From Podarcis pityusensis (lineage: Eukaryota): DNA of 64,000 nucleotides. Made by a program: the position numbers and the translations under genes. Location: assembly GCA_964106645.2 (NCBI GenBank), contig OZ067038.1. One strand, given 5' to 3'. The notes below the pieces were generated by a model. It did no database searches. It worked only from the letters and a program-made list of their open reading frames with translations, and was not told the origin of the DNA. Below are positions 55,601 through 63,619 of this stretch, in pieces; the first letter of the stretch is position 1, and each line of letters opens with the position of its first letter.

Positions 55601-56816
55601 TCTGTCTTAGATATTACAAGAAACAGAGAGCAGGAGCAGCCATGGTGCCGCGTCTTGTATAAGTTCTAGGATGGCCCCAATACAGTGTCTGCAAAATACT
55701 CTCTGATCATTTAAACATATACTGGTATGCAAATGCTAATTATTATTCTATTTCCCTACAGCAAAAAGAGAGATGGGGGAGGGAAGAAGTAGCAAACTGA
55801 GGAAATTAGGGTAGGCAGTTGTCAAAGGGATGTTCAAGAGGGTAAGATCCGATTGTAAAGGTCTGGGCAGTAAACAGCTGCTTGCACAGGGAACACCTGA
55901 GAGGTTGCAGGATGGAGATAGACCTGGGTCAAGAGAGCAGAAAGAGAAGGCATGTCCATCACAAGACAGCAAAGATTCATTACTATGCATTACAGACTTT
56001 GCAACTTCCTTGTCTGCCCAAAATGGAGAAGATGCTTCCCAGAAATCGGGTCACTTAATTGATCATTTACTGGAATACAAGATGCATACAGTCCTGTTGC
56101 CTTAGTAACAGTTGCTATGCAACACAGCCTAAGATCCACATTTCAATATCAGAATTTGAACGGGCTTGCACACAGGTAAGAAAGAAGGAAGAGCATGCCT
56201 CATGGCCCTTCTCGCAATCCCAGGTAATCTTGCAAACACCATAAATGGCACAGAGCCCCCTGCATTTCTCTGCCTCCGGTACACAGTTCCTGAAGCAGGA
56301 TGAAAGAGGATGTTTACTGCCTCTGGTGCACATGTCTGTCATTCAACCTAGGAAATCTGCTACAGGAAGAAACACCTGGAGCATCTTCAATGCCAGCTGC
56401 TGAGAGTCCTCTTGCAAAGAGAACCAACCACTGATGGCATGGCAAACATTACTGCATTTCTCATCTGCAGCAGCCCAGTAGCTACTCCTGGACACTCAAG
56501 CCTAGACTAGGCATTCAATAGAATGAGGTAGTTTCCAAAATGGCAAAATAGAGTATATCGCTATGGAATGCACATGATGGGATAGCATTTTTGAATGCTC
56601 CCTTTTGTAAAAATGCCCCTTGCAAGTAGAAAACTAGTACCTACAGAACAGGCTAGGGTAAAAACTCTTTCTCTGGTGTGCTAATTTTGGGTGGGTCTTT
56701 TTCCAAACATACAGGCTTTTCCTTTAACTATAGGGAAGCATTAAAAACAGCACTCCTATATTTGTGTGTGTGTGTGTGTGTGTTACTCCCCACCTGCAAT
56801 CTGAAATGGTATAGTC

Positions 56817-56854
<38 letters not shown>

Positions 56855-58807
56855 GCATGTGTAGACAGGGCCTTAGCTGTGCCTTATACTCAGCATAAAA
56901 TCCCCTTGTGATGCTGCGTTCCAAATGTGTGCAGAGAGACCCAGGAATACTAACTTGATTCAGCCCAAGCACAACCAGGAGGAGACACAGACTCCTGTCC
57001 AAGCCATGGTTAAGAGGTCTCCAAATCGGGTGAGATGGGGTAAAGGACAGTCGTGCAGCTGAGCTTTCTTTTCAGGCCACTTCTGCTCTGGCTAGCAAAG
57101 AATCTGTCTGCTTTGGTCACTCACATAGATGTGGTCCTGCTGGTAGCGCTGGTGCAGATTGAGCAAAATGGCCGCCTCGTGCAGGTCCCCCAGCATGGAC
57201 ATGTCCTCCACCCCCTCCATACTCGACCGATGCATCGGCAGGACTTTCTCTCTGGGCACAGAGGCCCACGGGTAGCAGAACACCTGGAGGGAAGGAAAAG
57301 ATGGTGCATGTAGAGATGCAAGATTCTGTGGGGGGCAGTAAGTCCTGGCAGTTGATCCAGTTGACTCTCTTCTAACAAAATGGCCGGCAGGTTTCTTGCC
57401 CTGCTTATTTATGAAGTGGGTGGGCTCAACAGTAAAAGGAGTGCAAGGGGGAGGGACACTGAACCCTCTCCTCTCCCATGTCTTAACATCCCCTCTGTTC
57501 ATTCCCCCCAGCCATTTTTCACTGTTCCCAGTTCAGTTCCAGAGGCTGAAAGATACAAAAGTATAGAGAGGTAAGGAACAGGAAATGGGAGGGGTCAACA
57601 ACTCTTCTGTATTTACCTTGTCCTTTCACATCTATTGTAAACTTTTATTTCTACAATAAGAAATAAGTTAAAACCATGGGTGGTATTCAACCAAGTTTTA
57701 CTCAAGAGTAGTGCCACTGAAATTACTAGGCATGACAAAGTTTGGTCCTTTCATTTCAACAAGTCTACTCTTAAGTAAAACTTAAGCTGAATGCCATCCT
57801 ACATGATTTATACACATTGAGGAGGCTTTGATGAATGAGTCCTCTCAGTGAACACATCTGGACTCACCACTGGGTGAGTTCACCCAACAGTGAACTGAAG
57901 TGACTCATTGTGTTTTACAAGCAGAGACATCTTTGTACAGATGAGCTTCTTACCTCCACACTTTGCACTTTTAGGTGTATACCAATTATCTATATTGATA
58001 GTTACCTATATCAGAAGGGGAATCAGAATACAAATTTTCTGCGCCTGGAAAGTCTGATAGCTAATGGCTTGGAAGAAACCCTACCCTTCTGCCACTCTGT
58101 TAACAGGCCCCAATAGTTGGAAGTAACACTATAAAAATAACTGATCTTCATGAAGTCATTTTGTCTTATATGCTATGGGAGGGTCTGAGAAAGATGCCAA
58201 TCGCCCTCCCTTCCTTACATAAACCAGAGATTATAGGAGAAAGGGAGGTGGAAGTGGACTGACTCCCCATCCCTACAGGGATTATCACCAATTTCAGAGG
58301 CAGCCACTTTTAGAAATGCTAAGAGGTGTGAATTGCTTGCATACAGCTGCTTCCAAAGCCTTCAGTCTGTCTGGCTTTTGCAGACGCCTCTCCTGAGCAT
58401 TTAAGTGCTTTGTGGCAATGTCAACAAGCAGCCGTAATTCAAGGAAAACCCAATTTGCAAGCCTTAAGAAAAGGAGGACAAAGCCTTAAGAAAACCCATA
58501 CCTGCAAAAGCCACCTAGGGAAGAATGCAAAGAAGGTTTTTTCTTTGTAACTTGGCAACCTTAAAGGTGCTGTATATTATGGCCACAGGAGAGGGAAAAA
58601 AGAGTCTCCTGAGCCACCAGCTTTTATTTAGCCCAAATGTGCAAGGGAATGACCTGGAAGGGTTTCCTCTGGCGGCTCATGAAAATGCTGTGTTTCCATT
58701 TCACTTACCTCGCCATAGTCTGAAGTGAAGAGCACGGATCCATCAACAGAAGAGCCAACTGTGCAGGGCTGCAGCCGGTCCTGCTCCTGCAGCCACACAC
58801 GTGTTCC
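446..58807 (-). CDS. MYO10-like: Unconventional myosin-X-like gene (multi-exon; motor-IQ3-SAH/CC-PEST-PH-MyTH4-FERM); 40 coding exons in window, first ATG exon not found
   Basis: Exons carry the P-loop GESGAGKT, switch I NNNSSRFG, switch [18 protein letters not shown] motifs, split PH1/PH2 ([19 protein letters not shown]), MyTH4 and FERM. All 40 exons have AG/GT flanks and join in phase (6141 nt including the stop). Domain order and peptide sequence match recalled vertebrate MYO10. Confidence 0.95.
1146..1337 (-). CDS. MYO10-like: MYO10-like exon (FERM; [11 protein letters not shown]...FETPQ)
   Basis: cag/gtatg flanks, 192 nt. Confidence 0.93.
1987..2436 (-). CDS. MYO10-like: MYO10-like exon (FERM; [10 protein letters not shown]...STVFDVE)
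   Basis: cag/gtgag flanks, 450 nt; contains [13 protein letters not shown]. Confidence 0.93.
2831..2957 (-). CDS. MYO10-like: MYO10-like exon (FERM; [25 protein letters not shown]...FMFEQ)
   Basis: tag/gtaag flanks, 127 nt. Confidence 0.92.
3167..3303 (-). CDS. MYO10-like: MYO10-like exon (FERM; [22 protein letters not shown]...AKFER)
   Basis: tag/gtagg flanks, 137 nt. Confidence 0.93.
3329..4091 (+). mobile_element. Probable solo LTR (LTR-retrotransposon, Gypsy-like), about 763 bp, antisense to the host gene
   Basis: Starts TGTCAG and ends CTGACA (terminal inverted repeat); AATAAA at 4018-4023 lies about 70 nt from the 3' end; abruptly CpG-rich relative to its flanks. No matching TSD seen. 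Confidence 0.6.
4274..4481 (-). CDS. MYO10-like: MYO10-like exon (MyTH4/FERM junction; VKDLFPGTE...SHTSAGE)
   Basis: cag/gtaag flanks, 208 nt. Confidence 0.93.
4870..5020 (+). mobile_element. Degenerate tRNA-derived SINE fragment (same family as 41309-41475)
   Basis: ttttgcatgcagaaggttcctggttc...ctggagagctgttgcc...gataatactgagct matches the copies at 26310 and 41309. Confidence 0.55.
5126..5423 (-). CDS. MYO10-like: MYO10-like exon (MyTH4; [21 protein letters not shown]...LKFHLR)
   Basis: cag/gtaag flanks, 298 nt. Confidence 0.93.
6038..6161 (-). CDS. MYO10-like: MYO10-like exon ([22 protein letters not shown]...PYGDVGVN)
   Basis: cag/gtgag flanks, 124 nt. Confidence 0.93.
6622..6926 (-). 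mobile_element. Sauria SINE (3'-truncated)
   Basis: Reverse complement has the tRNA-like head (GGTTCGAATCCCC B box) and the Sauria core AAAGTGCAAGTAGATAAATAGGTACCGCT shared with the copies at 18217 and 29072. Confidence 0.85.
6964..7121 (-). CDS. MYO10-like: MYO10-like exon (PH3; [24 protein letters not shown]...IRDIR)
   Basis: cag/gtaag flanks, 158 nt. Confidence 0.93.
7850..8044 (-). CDS. MYO10-like: MYO10-like exon (PH3; GWLHKEV...KKRWFVLT...FKET)
   Basis: cag/gtaag flanks, 195 nt. Confidence 0.93.
8248..8301. repeat. (GAAA)n microsatellite
   Basis: About 13 tandem GAAA units. Confidence 0.95.
9096..9238 (-). CDS. MYO10-like: MYO10-like exon (PH; [16 protein letters not shown]...QEFLVR)
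   Basis: cag/gtatg flanks, 143 nt. Confidence 0.93.
9555..10240 (+). mobile_element. Degenerate L2/CR1-clade LINE 3' fragment
   Basis: Translates to [10 protein letters not shown] / [18 protein letters not shown] / LEQLHWL, typical of the L2 ORF2 C-terminus; ends in gggtataaataaataataataat. Confidence 0.7.
10692..10747 (-). CDS. MYO10-like: MYO10-like exon ([19 protein letters not shown])
   Basis: aag/gtaag flanks, 56 nt. Confidence 0.92.
11080..11205. mobile_element. Palindromic squamate MITE-like repeat (related copies near 14800-14910, 45990-46120 and 46725-46865)
   Basis: ccctccagatg..ggactacaactccc ... gatgggactgtaatcccaacatctggag fold-back motif, recurring in the window. Confidence 0.55.
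11392..11485 (-). CDS. MYO10-like: MYO10-like exon ([11 protein letters not shown]...EQANPKNAV)
   Basis: cag/gtgag flanks, 94 nt. Confidence 0.92.
11853..11948 (-). CDS. MYO10-like: MYO10-like exon (PH2; [15 protein letters not shown]...AESPEDAS)
   Basis: cag/gtagg flanks, 96 nt. Confidence 0.92.
12739..12982 (-). CDS. MYO10-like: MYO10-like exon (PH1N/PH2; [10 protein letters not shown]...[19 protein letters not shown]...IRKAK)
   Basis: aag/gtatg flanks, 244 nt. Confidence 0.93.
13805..13928 (-). CDS. MYO10-like: MYO10-like exon (FLDSEDEG...YFHSYLYMK)
   Basis: cag/gtaag flanks, 124 nt. Confidence 0.92.
15618..16400 (-). CDS. MYO10-like: MYO10-like exon (anti-parallel coiled coil plus PEST region; MEALRTQ...[11 protein letters not shown]...[10 protein letters not shown]...GSLDS)
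   Basis: cag/gtaag flanks, 783 nt, within ORF 15501..16421. Confidence 0.9.
17814..17853 (-). CDS. MYO10-like: MYO10-like small exon ([13 protein letters not shown])
   Basis: tttgtttttgaacag/gtgtgt flanks; 40 nt converts phase 2 to phase 0, which is exactly what is needed to join 20333 to 16400. Confidence 0.8.
18217..18517 (+). mobile_element. Sauria SINE (5'-truncated)
   Basis: Core AAAGTGCAAGTAGATAAATAGGTA, BovB-like tail CCCCAGAGTCGG..GACTGG and ACCTTT end repeat. Confidence 0.85.
19940..19972 (-). CDS. Candidate 33-nt in-frame cassette exon ([10 protein letters not shown])
   Basis: ctctttaaaag acceptor and strong CAG/gtgagc donor; phase 2-2; not required for the ORF. Confidence 0.35.
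20333..20635 (-). CDS. MYO10-like: MYO10-like exon (IQ2, IQ3 and ER/K-rich SAH)
   Basis: cag/gtacc flanks, 303 nt; [33 protein letters not shown]. Confidence 0.92.
21154..21202. repeat. (GA)n microsatellite
   Basis: About 24 tandem GA units. Confidence 0.95.
23700..23806 (-). CDS. MYO10-like: MYO10-like exon (converter end/IQ1; [13 protein letters not shown]...[11 protein letters not shown])
   Basis: cag/gtcag flanks, 107 nt. Confidence 0.92.
24888..25100 (-). mobile_element. LINE (L2-type) 3' tail with AAT microsatellite
   Basis: Reverse complement matches the plus-strand tail at 26660-26841. Confidence 0.65.
26310..26495 (+). mobile_element. tRNA-derived SINE (Squam3-like), degenerate
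   Basis: atgctttgcatgcaagaaggttccag...ccctggcatctccag matches the 41309 copy. Confidence 0.6.
26660..26841 (+). mobile_element. LINE (L2-type) 3' tail with (TTA)n
   Basis: agaagacatctgaaggcagccctgtttagggaag...gagtggctggggaaacccagccagatggg...tataaataaataattattatt. Confidence 0.65.
27790..27880. repeat. AT-rich palindromic tract
   Basis: Perfect 36-bp palindrome at 27800-27835 overlapping a 25-bp inverted repeat (27823-27847 / 27853-27877). Confidence 0.85.
29072..29434 (+). mobile_element. Full-length Sauria SINE with 13-bp TSD
   Basis: Starts GGGACGCGGGTGGCGCTGTGG, has the Sauria core and ACCTTT tail; TSD TACCCAGATATGT at 29059-29071 and 29435-29447. Confidence 0.92.
29674..31591 (+). mobile_element. 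BovB (RTE-clade) LINE, 5'-truncated, about 1.9 kb; reverse transcriptase pseudogene
   Basis: ORFs 29637..30290 and 30450..31580 are in one frame with RT motifs ([25 protein letters not shown]) and BovB C-terminus [15 protein letters not shown]; (CAA)n tail; 11-bp TSD ATATTTTCTAA at 29663-29673 and 31592-31602; in-frame stops at 30288, 30384 and 30414. Confidence 0.95.
33225..33339 (-). CDS. MYO10-like: MYO10-like exon (converter; YKMLLKNW...WKLGKTK)
   Basis: cag/gtatg flanks, 115 nt. Confidence 0.92.
33995..34119 (-). CDS. MYO10-like: MYO10-like exon ([33 protein letters not shown]...)
   Basis: tag/gtaaa flanks, 125 nt. Confidence 0.92.
34777..34857 (-). CDS. MYO10-like: MYO10-like exon ([10 protein letters not shown]...[11 protein letters not shown])
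   Basis: tag/gtgac flanks, 81 nt. Confidence 0.92.
35524..35632 (-). CDS. MYO10-like: MYO10-like exon (loop 2; LDFIYDLFE...[10 protein letters not shown])
   Basis: cag/gtagg flanks, 109 nt. Confidence 0.92.
36478..36560 (-). CDS. MYO10-like: MYO10-like exon ([19 protein letters not shown]...)
   Basis: cag/gtaag flanks, 83 nt. Confidence 0.93.
37555..37623 (-). CDS. MYO10-like: MYO10-like exon ([23 protein letters not shown])
   Basis: cag/gtaag flanks, 69 nt. Confidence 0.92.
38685..39125 (+). mobile_element. Degenerate L2-clade LINE fragment
   Basis: Translates to [20 protein letters not shown], the same L2 ORF2 region as the 9555 copy. Confidence 0.65.
39508..39600 (-). CDS. MYO10-like: MYO10-like exon ([31 protein letters not shown])
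   Basis: cag/gtaag flanks, 93 nt. Confidence 0.93.
40191..40257 (-). CDS. MYO10-like: MYO10-like exon ([22 protein letters not shown])
   Basis: cag/gtagg flanks, 67 nt. Confidence 0.93.
40621..40721 (-). CDS. MYO10-like: MYO10-like exon (relay; [32 protein letters not shown])
   Basis: cag/gtagt flanks, 101 nt. Confidence 0.94.
41309..41475 (+). mobile_element. tRNA(Ala)-derived SINE (Squam3-like)
   Basis: Pol III A box TAGCTCAGTGG (41321-41331) and B box GGTTCAATCCC (41364-41374), followed by a non-tRNA body shared with 26310 and 4870. Confidence 0.75.
41770..41916 (-). CDS. MYO10-like: MYO10-like exon (switch II; [13 protein letters not shown]...[12 protein letters not shown])
   Basis: tag/gttag flanks, 147 nt. 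Confidence 0.94.
42510..43160. mobile_element. Probable non-autonomous hAT DNA transposon (about 650 bp)
   Basis: Left end CAGGGCCGTCTT and partial right end ...GCTAAGAC; GC-rich subterminal aatttgggggt motifs at both ends; CpG-retaining, AT-rich interior. Confidence 0.5.
44735..44853 (-). CDS. MYO10-like: MYO10-like exon ([11 protein letters not shown]...[21 protein letters not shown])
   Basis: tag/gtgag flanks, 119 nt. Confidence 0.93.
45456..45585 (-). CDS. MYO10-like: MYO10-like exon (TALEVMGFS...[21 protein letters not shown])
   Basis: cag/gtaag flanks, 130 nt. Confidence 0.93.
46657..46696. repeat. (GA)n microsatellite
   Basis: About 20 tandem AG units. Confidence 0.95.
46901..47004 (-). 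CDS. MYO10-like: MYO10-like exon ([19 protein letters not shown]...FSKVM)
   Basis: cag/gtgag flanks, 104 nt. Confidence 0.92.
48950..49263. mobile_element. Old hAT-like MITE (related copy near 44150-44435)
   Basis: Shared ggggccaaat.cagccctcta ... tgtggccctcaga blocks; ends aaaagtttcccaccctg. Confidence 0.4.
50096..50180 (-). CDS. MYO10-like: MYO10-like exon ([22 protein letters not shown]...)
   Basis: cag/gtaat flanks, 85 nt. Confidence 0.93.
51035..51048 (-). CDS. MYO10-like: MYO10-like 14-nt micro-exon (YLLEK)
   Basis: ag|ATTTATTGGAGAAG|gtgagt; completes the conserved myosin (D)YLLEK motif and restores the frame. Confidence 0.9.
51049..51408 (-). other. U12-type (minor spliceosome) GT-AG intron
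   Basis: 5' splice site GTATCCTT (51408-51401); branch site CCTTAAC (51066-51060) 9 nt before the AG; no long pyrimidine tract. Confidence 0.88.
51409..51533 (-). CDS. MYO10-like: MYO10-like exon (switch I; [23 protein letters not shown]...GGRVTD)
   Basis: tag/gtatcc flanks, 125 nt. Confidence 0.94.
52250..52384 (-). CDS. MYO10-like: MYO10-like exon (P-loop; [19 protein letters not shown]...AIMES)
   Basis: cag/gtaca flanks, 135 nt. Confidence 0.94.
52792..52979 (-). CDS. MYO10-like: MYO10-like exon ([13 protein letters not shown]...LPPHIFA...QCVLIS)
   Basis: cag/gtgag flanks, 188 nt. Confidence 0.94.
57125..57283 (-). CDS. MYO10-like: MYO10-like exon (VFCYPW...[25 protein letters not shown]...IY)
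   Basis: cag/gtgag flanks, 159 nt. Confidence 0.93.
58709..58807 (-). CDS. MYO10-like: MYO10-like exon (N-terminal SH3-like; [10 protein letters not shown]...FTSDYGE)
   Basis: cag/gtaag flanks, 99 nt; homologous to MYO10 GTRVWL...FRTDYGQ. Confidence 0.9.
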
Positions 58808-59555
58808 CTGCAACCAATCATAGCAGGATTTAAGCCATACGCTCTACACCTGACCAAACTTATCTGTGAACTCATGAGCATATCTACCCCTAATGTTGCT
58901 TCCTGCAATTGCCCTCAACCATCAGCGGAAGCAGCCTCCCTTCCAGAAATGAAGCTGGTTCCCACATGGGCATCTCTGAATGACTGCAGCAGTTAGCCAT
59001 GACTGGTGTGGAGGAGCCACCAGAGAGGGACTGTCCATAGCCCAGGTGTCACCTTTAGGACAAAGCTTTTCAACGGCATCTGTTCACATATTGTCATCAG
59101 ATGGCACCAAGTCCTGAAATGCTGAGAAATGAGGAAACATGCATGCCTACACAGGCTCCAACTGCATCATCACAGGGAACATGGTGTCTTGCGGTGGGTT
59201 TTTGCTTTGTTTTGTTTACATTTCTGTAGCAAGCTGCGAAAATGTAGAGTGTGAGACTTTACTAGCTGACTGTAATTGCCAGAAGTGTAGCTCCCATGTT
59301 CAATTAATGCAAGAAGTGTGCACAATGGGGGCGGTATTTGGGGGCCAGGCCCTGTACCCCACCCATTACACATGCCTCCAATGCATCTTCAAGCATACAC
59401 CTGCAGGCACACTGCAGACAGGCCCACACATGCCATGAATGCTGAGACCTACCTAGTCAGTAAACAGGGCTTAAGTTCCTCCCGTTGCTGCAGTCTACAT
59501 ATACTAGGTCTTCCCAGGGCCCACCAAGCTCCCACACCGCCAATGAAAACTAATA

Positions 59556-59781
59556 CAGTGGTACCTCAGGTTACATACACTTCAGGTTACAGACTCCGCT
59601 AACCCAGAAATAGTGCTTCAGGTTAAGAACTTTGCTTCAGGATGAGAACAGAAATCGGGCTCCAGTGGCGCGGCAGCAGCAGGAGGCCCCACAAACTAAA
59701 GTGGTGCTTCAGGTTAAGAACAGTTTCAGGCTAAATACGGACCTCCGGAAGAAATTAAGTACTTAACCTGAGGTACCACTG
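59556..59781. mobile_element. Tigger/pogo-type (Tc1/mariner) MITE
   Basis: TIRs CAGTGGTACCTCAGGTTA / TAACCTGAGGTACCACTG flanked by TA. Confidence 0.88.
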
Positions 59782-60087
59782 TAAATGAATAGGAGAACCT
59801 ACCCACATACACATTCCCTTCATACCTGCATTTTTGTAAACATTGTTCAGTTGGGAAACTGCATAGCAACATTTGGATAAGTGTGAATTTCAAAGGATAG
59901 CTGTGCTTCAGTTTGCGTATCATTCCATAAAGTGCAGATTTGACAGATTTGGCTTTAAATGAGACCTCTCGCATCCCCAGATGCAGCCCTTCCTCTCTCC
60001 CAATCAAATCTCTTACACAACTGCCCCTACATTGTTTCCCTCCCAATGTACCTCATAGTGTCTCATGTGAGGCTAAAAATGCCACTA

Positions 60088-60330
60088 CAAGTGGTACCTC
60101 GGGTTACACATGCTTCAGGTTACATACGCTTCAGGTTACAAACTCCGCTAACCCAGAAATAGTACCTCAGGTTAAGAACTTTGCTTCAGGATGAGAACAG
60201 AAATTGCACGATGGTGGCACGGCGGCAGCAGGAAGCCCCATTAGCTAAAGTGGTGCTTCAGGTTAAGAACAGTTTCAGGTTAAGAACAGACCTCTGGAAC
60301 GAATTAAGTACTTAACCCGAGGTACCACTA
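60088..60330. mobile_element. Tigger/pogo-type MITE, second copy
   Basis: Same family and orientation as 59556; TIRs GTGGTACCTCGGGTTA / TAACCCGAGGTACCAC with TA flanks. Confidence 0.85.
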
Positions 60331-61092
60331 TACTACCTCCTTGGCAGGAGGTGGGATGCAACTGCAATATTTAAAAAATACTTCCCTCACCACCATCTTC
60401 CTACATTCAGCTTTGATGATCCTCAGGCAGACATTTGTGTGGAGAAACAGATAACATAAACTGGCAGTGTGTAGGTAGTCAGCAACGATTCTTACAGTCA
60501 CACAGCGACTGGGGAAGGTGCTGTGACAATTGTAGAAATGGCTGCTGGTTGCAGCTGAGCACCACCAGTGCAATACACCTTCCCACAGGAAACACAGCCC
60601 CCTGCTTGGCCAAGGACAGGTGAGGATTGACCAGGTTTAGGAGGGAAGAGCTCTGTGAAAAGGTCCTCACACAGATGGTCTCCTCTAAATACTTGTTCCA
60701 GATCCTCCTTTTAAATGGTACATATTTTACCATCTTCTCGAAATGAGGAAATTGAGCAGAAATGGGAAACAAGGCCAAACAGAGGCGGGGGGGGGATGAA
60801 ACCAAATTGGGGGCTTCCCCTGACCTCCAAAAGATACCACTCAATATACACACTCAGAAACATGTTTCCTAATTTGCTGCTAATAAAAGCAGCAAATGTC
60901 CCTCTCTGCAAACAGGTCACGCATTGGAGATGGGACTTTTGCTCTTCCCTCAGAGGTCAGACATGACTAGAGTTACAGTAGCAGGAAATATTGATTTAAA
61001 CCCAGTGTGCAAAATCAGAACAAGCAAATTCTTACTACTAAATGGTATTCAATGAGTTTTAACCGCTTTGCAATAATACAATGCAGCAATAT

Positions 61093-61241
61093 CAGTGTTG
61101 TTTTCTGGGGGGGACGCAAGGGTACGCATACCTCTAAACATTTTGTGAATCTAAGTTTGGCCTCATTGAGGGGCAGTATTTCAATATGAGTAGGAAAATG
61201 AGAGTACCCCTAAACATTTTTTTTAAAGAAAAAAAGCACTG
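61093..61241. mobile_element. hAT MITE (149 bp)
   Basis: Imperfect TIRs CAGTGTTGTTTTCT / AGAAAAAAAGCACTG and a perfect 8-bp TSD AGCAATAT (61085-61092, 61242-61249). Confidence 0.85.
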
Positions 61242-63619
61242 AGCAATATGTTCTGCAACCCCGCGGGAGAAAATGCAACTCACGAGGGCAGCTTGGAGCA
61301 CAGATGCAGCAAATCAGTGAAGAGGTTAGGCAACCCCTCCATTTTTCCACTCCACGTCACTACCAAATTGTGTGGCTTCACAGAAATGTTATAGGGAGAG
61401 AGTATGACCTACATATGAATGTCTTTACAGCATTTTTGTCTTTTAAAAAAAGTCTAGCAAAAGAGATTTAATATCCAGCTTGATGAATATCAACATTCAA
61501 ATCATGTCTAGCTCTGCACCACCTCAAAAGAGATTTCAACATGAGGCAAGAAGAGCCAGCCTAGTTTATGGGAAACCTACAGAGGAAGGATTGATTGCAA
61601 AGCCACTGCGGTTATCAGCAGAAGGGCAGCCTGGGTGGGGGGCTGGTCGAGAGCCAGGATGCTACAATGCAAGCTATGGCAATGAATGCAGGGAGCCTGC
61701 TTCCTTTATGCCTCCCCATGGTGATTTAGCTCATGTTTGTTCTTGGTTGCAGATGAGCTGCATGACTAGATGTACCAGAGGAACCTTTCTCCTGAAGACA
61801 CCTCAGGCTCTTGCAAAATTCTGGAGTTTCATGGGATCCTGACTCAAGAGCTAAAAATGTGTCAGCTTATGCCCATGATGCACAGTGTACTTGAAAAGCT
61901 CAAACACCAGAAGATGAAAAGGGTGGGGAATGTTGGGATTTTTCATTTTTAAAAAAACAACCACTTTCAATTTGGTGTCTGGCCTGTGACTTGAGAGGTG
62001 ATGGGAAAGACTACCCTCTGCGTGCTTTTCTGTATCACATTTCAATGGTAAGCACTGTACTTTCTTAATTGTTGAGATGTGTTAACTCACAACAATAAGA
62101 TGACAAATCAGGATCCAGTGTGAAGTCACTCAGTCTTGGCAGTCTTGGCAGTCTTGGCTAACATGGCTAGCAGAGGCTCTCCAGAGCTCAGGCAGAACCC
62201 ATTATCTGCTGTTTAATTCTTTTAACGAGAAACACCAAGAATTAAATGTGGGACCTTCTGTGTGCTTTACAAGTGAATGGTGGTCCTTCTCTCGACTCTG
62301 GTTCACCCATGTACAGAGTCTACCCATGTAGAAGATGTACAGTGAAAGACTCACCTGGGGGTACACTATCTAAAACAGGAGATAGATCCCTGTCCTGCTG
62401 TCTTTGGTAGCAGAAGTCCAACACCCTGGGCATTATGGCGCATCTCTTGGGAAGAAAGAGTTTTTTGAACCACTACAGTTGGCATGTGCCAACAAAGAGC
62501 CGAGAACCAAGTTCCTGCCCTGTGGTTTGATGGCCACGTTACAAGACTTTTATCAAAATAGCTAACCTATCCTCCTGGCCTCAGCATTGGGGGAGGCCTA
62601 CAGTCTCCACATAAGGCTTGAATCAGGTTTCAACAAATGCATCTTCTGATTGATCCAGCGGATCATGAATAAGTGATGGATACATATAAACAGAAATTAG
62701 CTAATGGAAGCAGGAGTAAGAGCACTGCCAGTGGGAAGAGCATCCACTATACCCACAAGAGAAAAAAAGGTTATCTGATCAGTCCCCAAGGAAGGTTTGG
62801 AGAGGAGGGAATCAATAATGGCTTTCAGAAAGGGAGGCCACACCACATGGATCCTAGATGGGGACTTTCATTTATACTTCTCGAACAGCATTGCGCTTCA
62901 CAGCCTGATCTCACACCCATCATCATCATCATTATCACCATCACCACCTTGCCTTCTGGTCTTCCCCTGAACCTCGACAAGCATGCCTTCCCTCTTAGGC
63001 TGGATACCTGTTGCCTCTCTTCACACCAAACAGAGCCTGTCTTCAGCCTTTACATGCTCCCTACTGTCCCGCCTCAGAACTGGCTCAGCCACACCATTCA
63101 AAACAGTTAATAGTGTGACAAGAGAGCATGAACTACCAATCAGGAGTTGACCAGAGGAAGCAGCTTGGTGAATGGGCCAGGATGATGAGCTTTTGCAAAA
63201 TGGAAAGAAGGGATATATGGGAAGAGGCAGAGATAGGAGGCAAATCAGCAGGAGATGAAGCGCTCCAAAAGTAAGGGCTAGCTAGAAATTTCATATAAGC
63301 TTCAAGGCAATAACACTTAGGAGACCTCTTAAGTGGTCAGTTTTGCAATAATGGGATGCCCTTGCAAACACATTTAGAAACCTGCAGAAGGAAAAACGGT
63401 AATGAATACAGTATACAGGTTTTATCCATTTGTTTGGCACTTCTTTTCTATTGTGTGAATACTGCATTTCATAACCACTGCAATGTTTTATTGCGTGGAA
63501 AAATCTTCTGCTATGGCTCTCTAGAGTTGCTTTGAGAGAGGGGGATACAAGAGTGTACAATAGTTGGAACTGACTCATGGTCAATGACAGCACTATTTTT
63601 TGTGTGTGGGTGACATCTA

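Noticed and set aside
60725-60780. Possible start exon ending ...GAGAAGATG|gtaaaa on the minus strand
   Set aside because: The donor is weak, there is no homology to the MYO10 N-terminus, and there is no promoter or CpG context.
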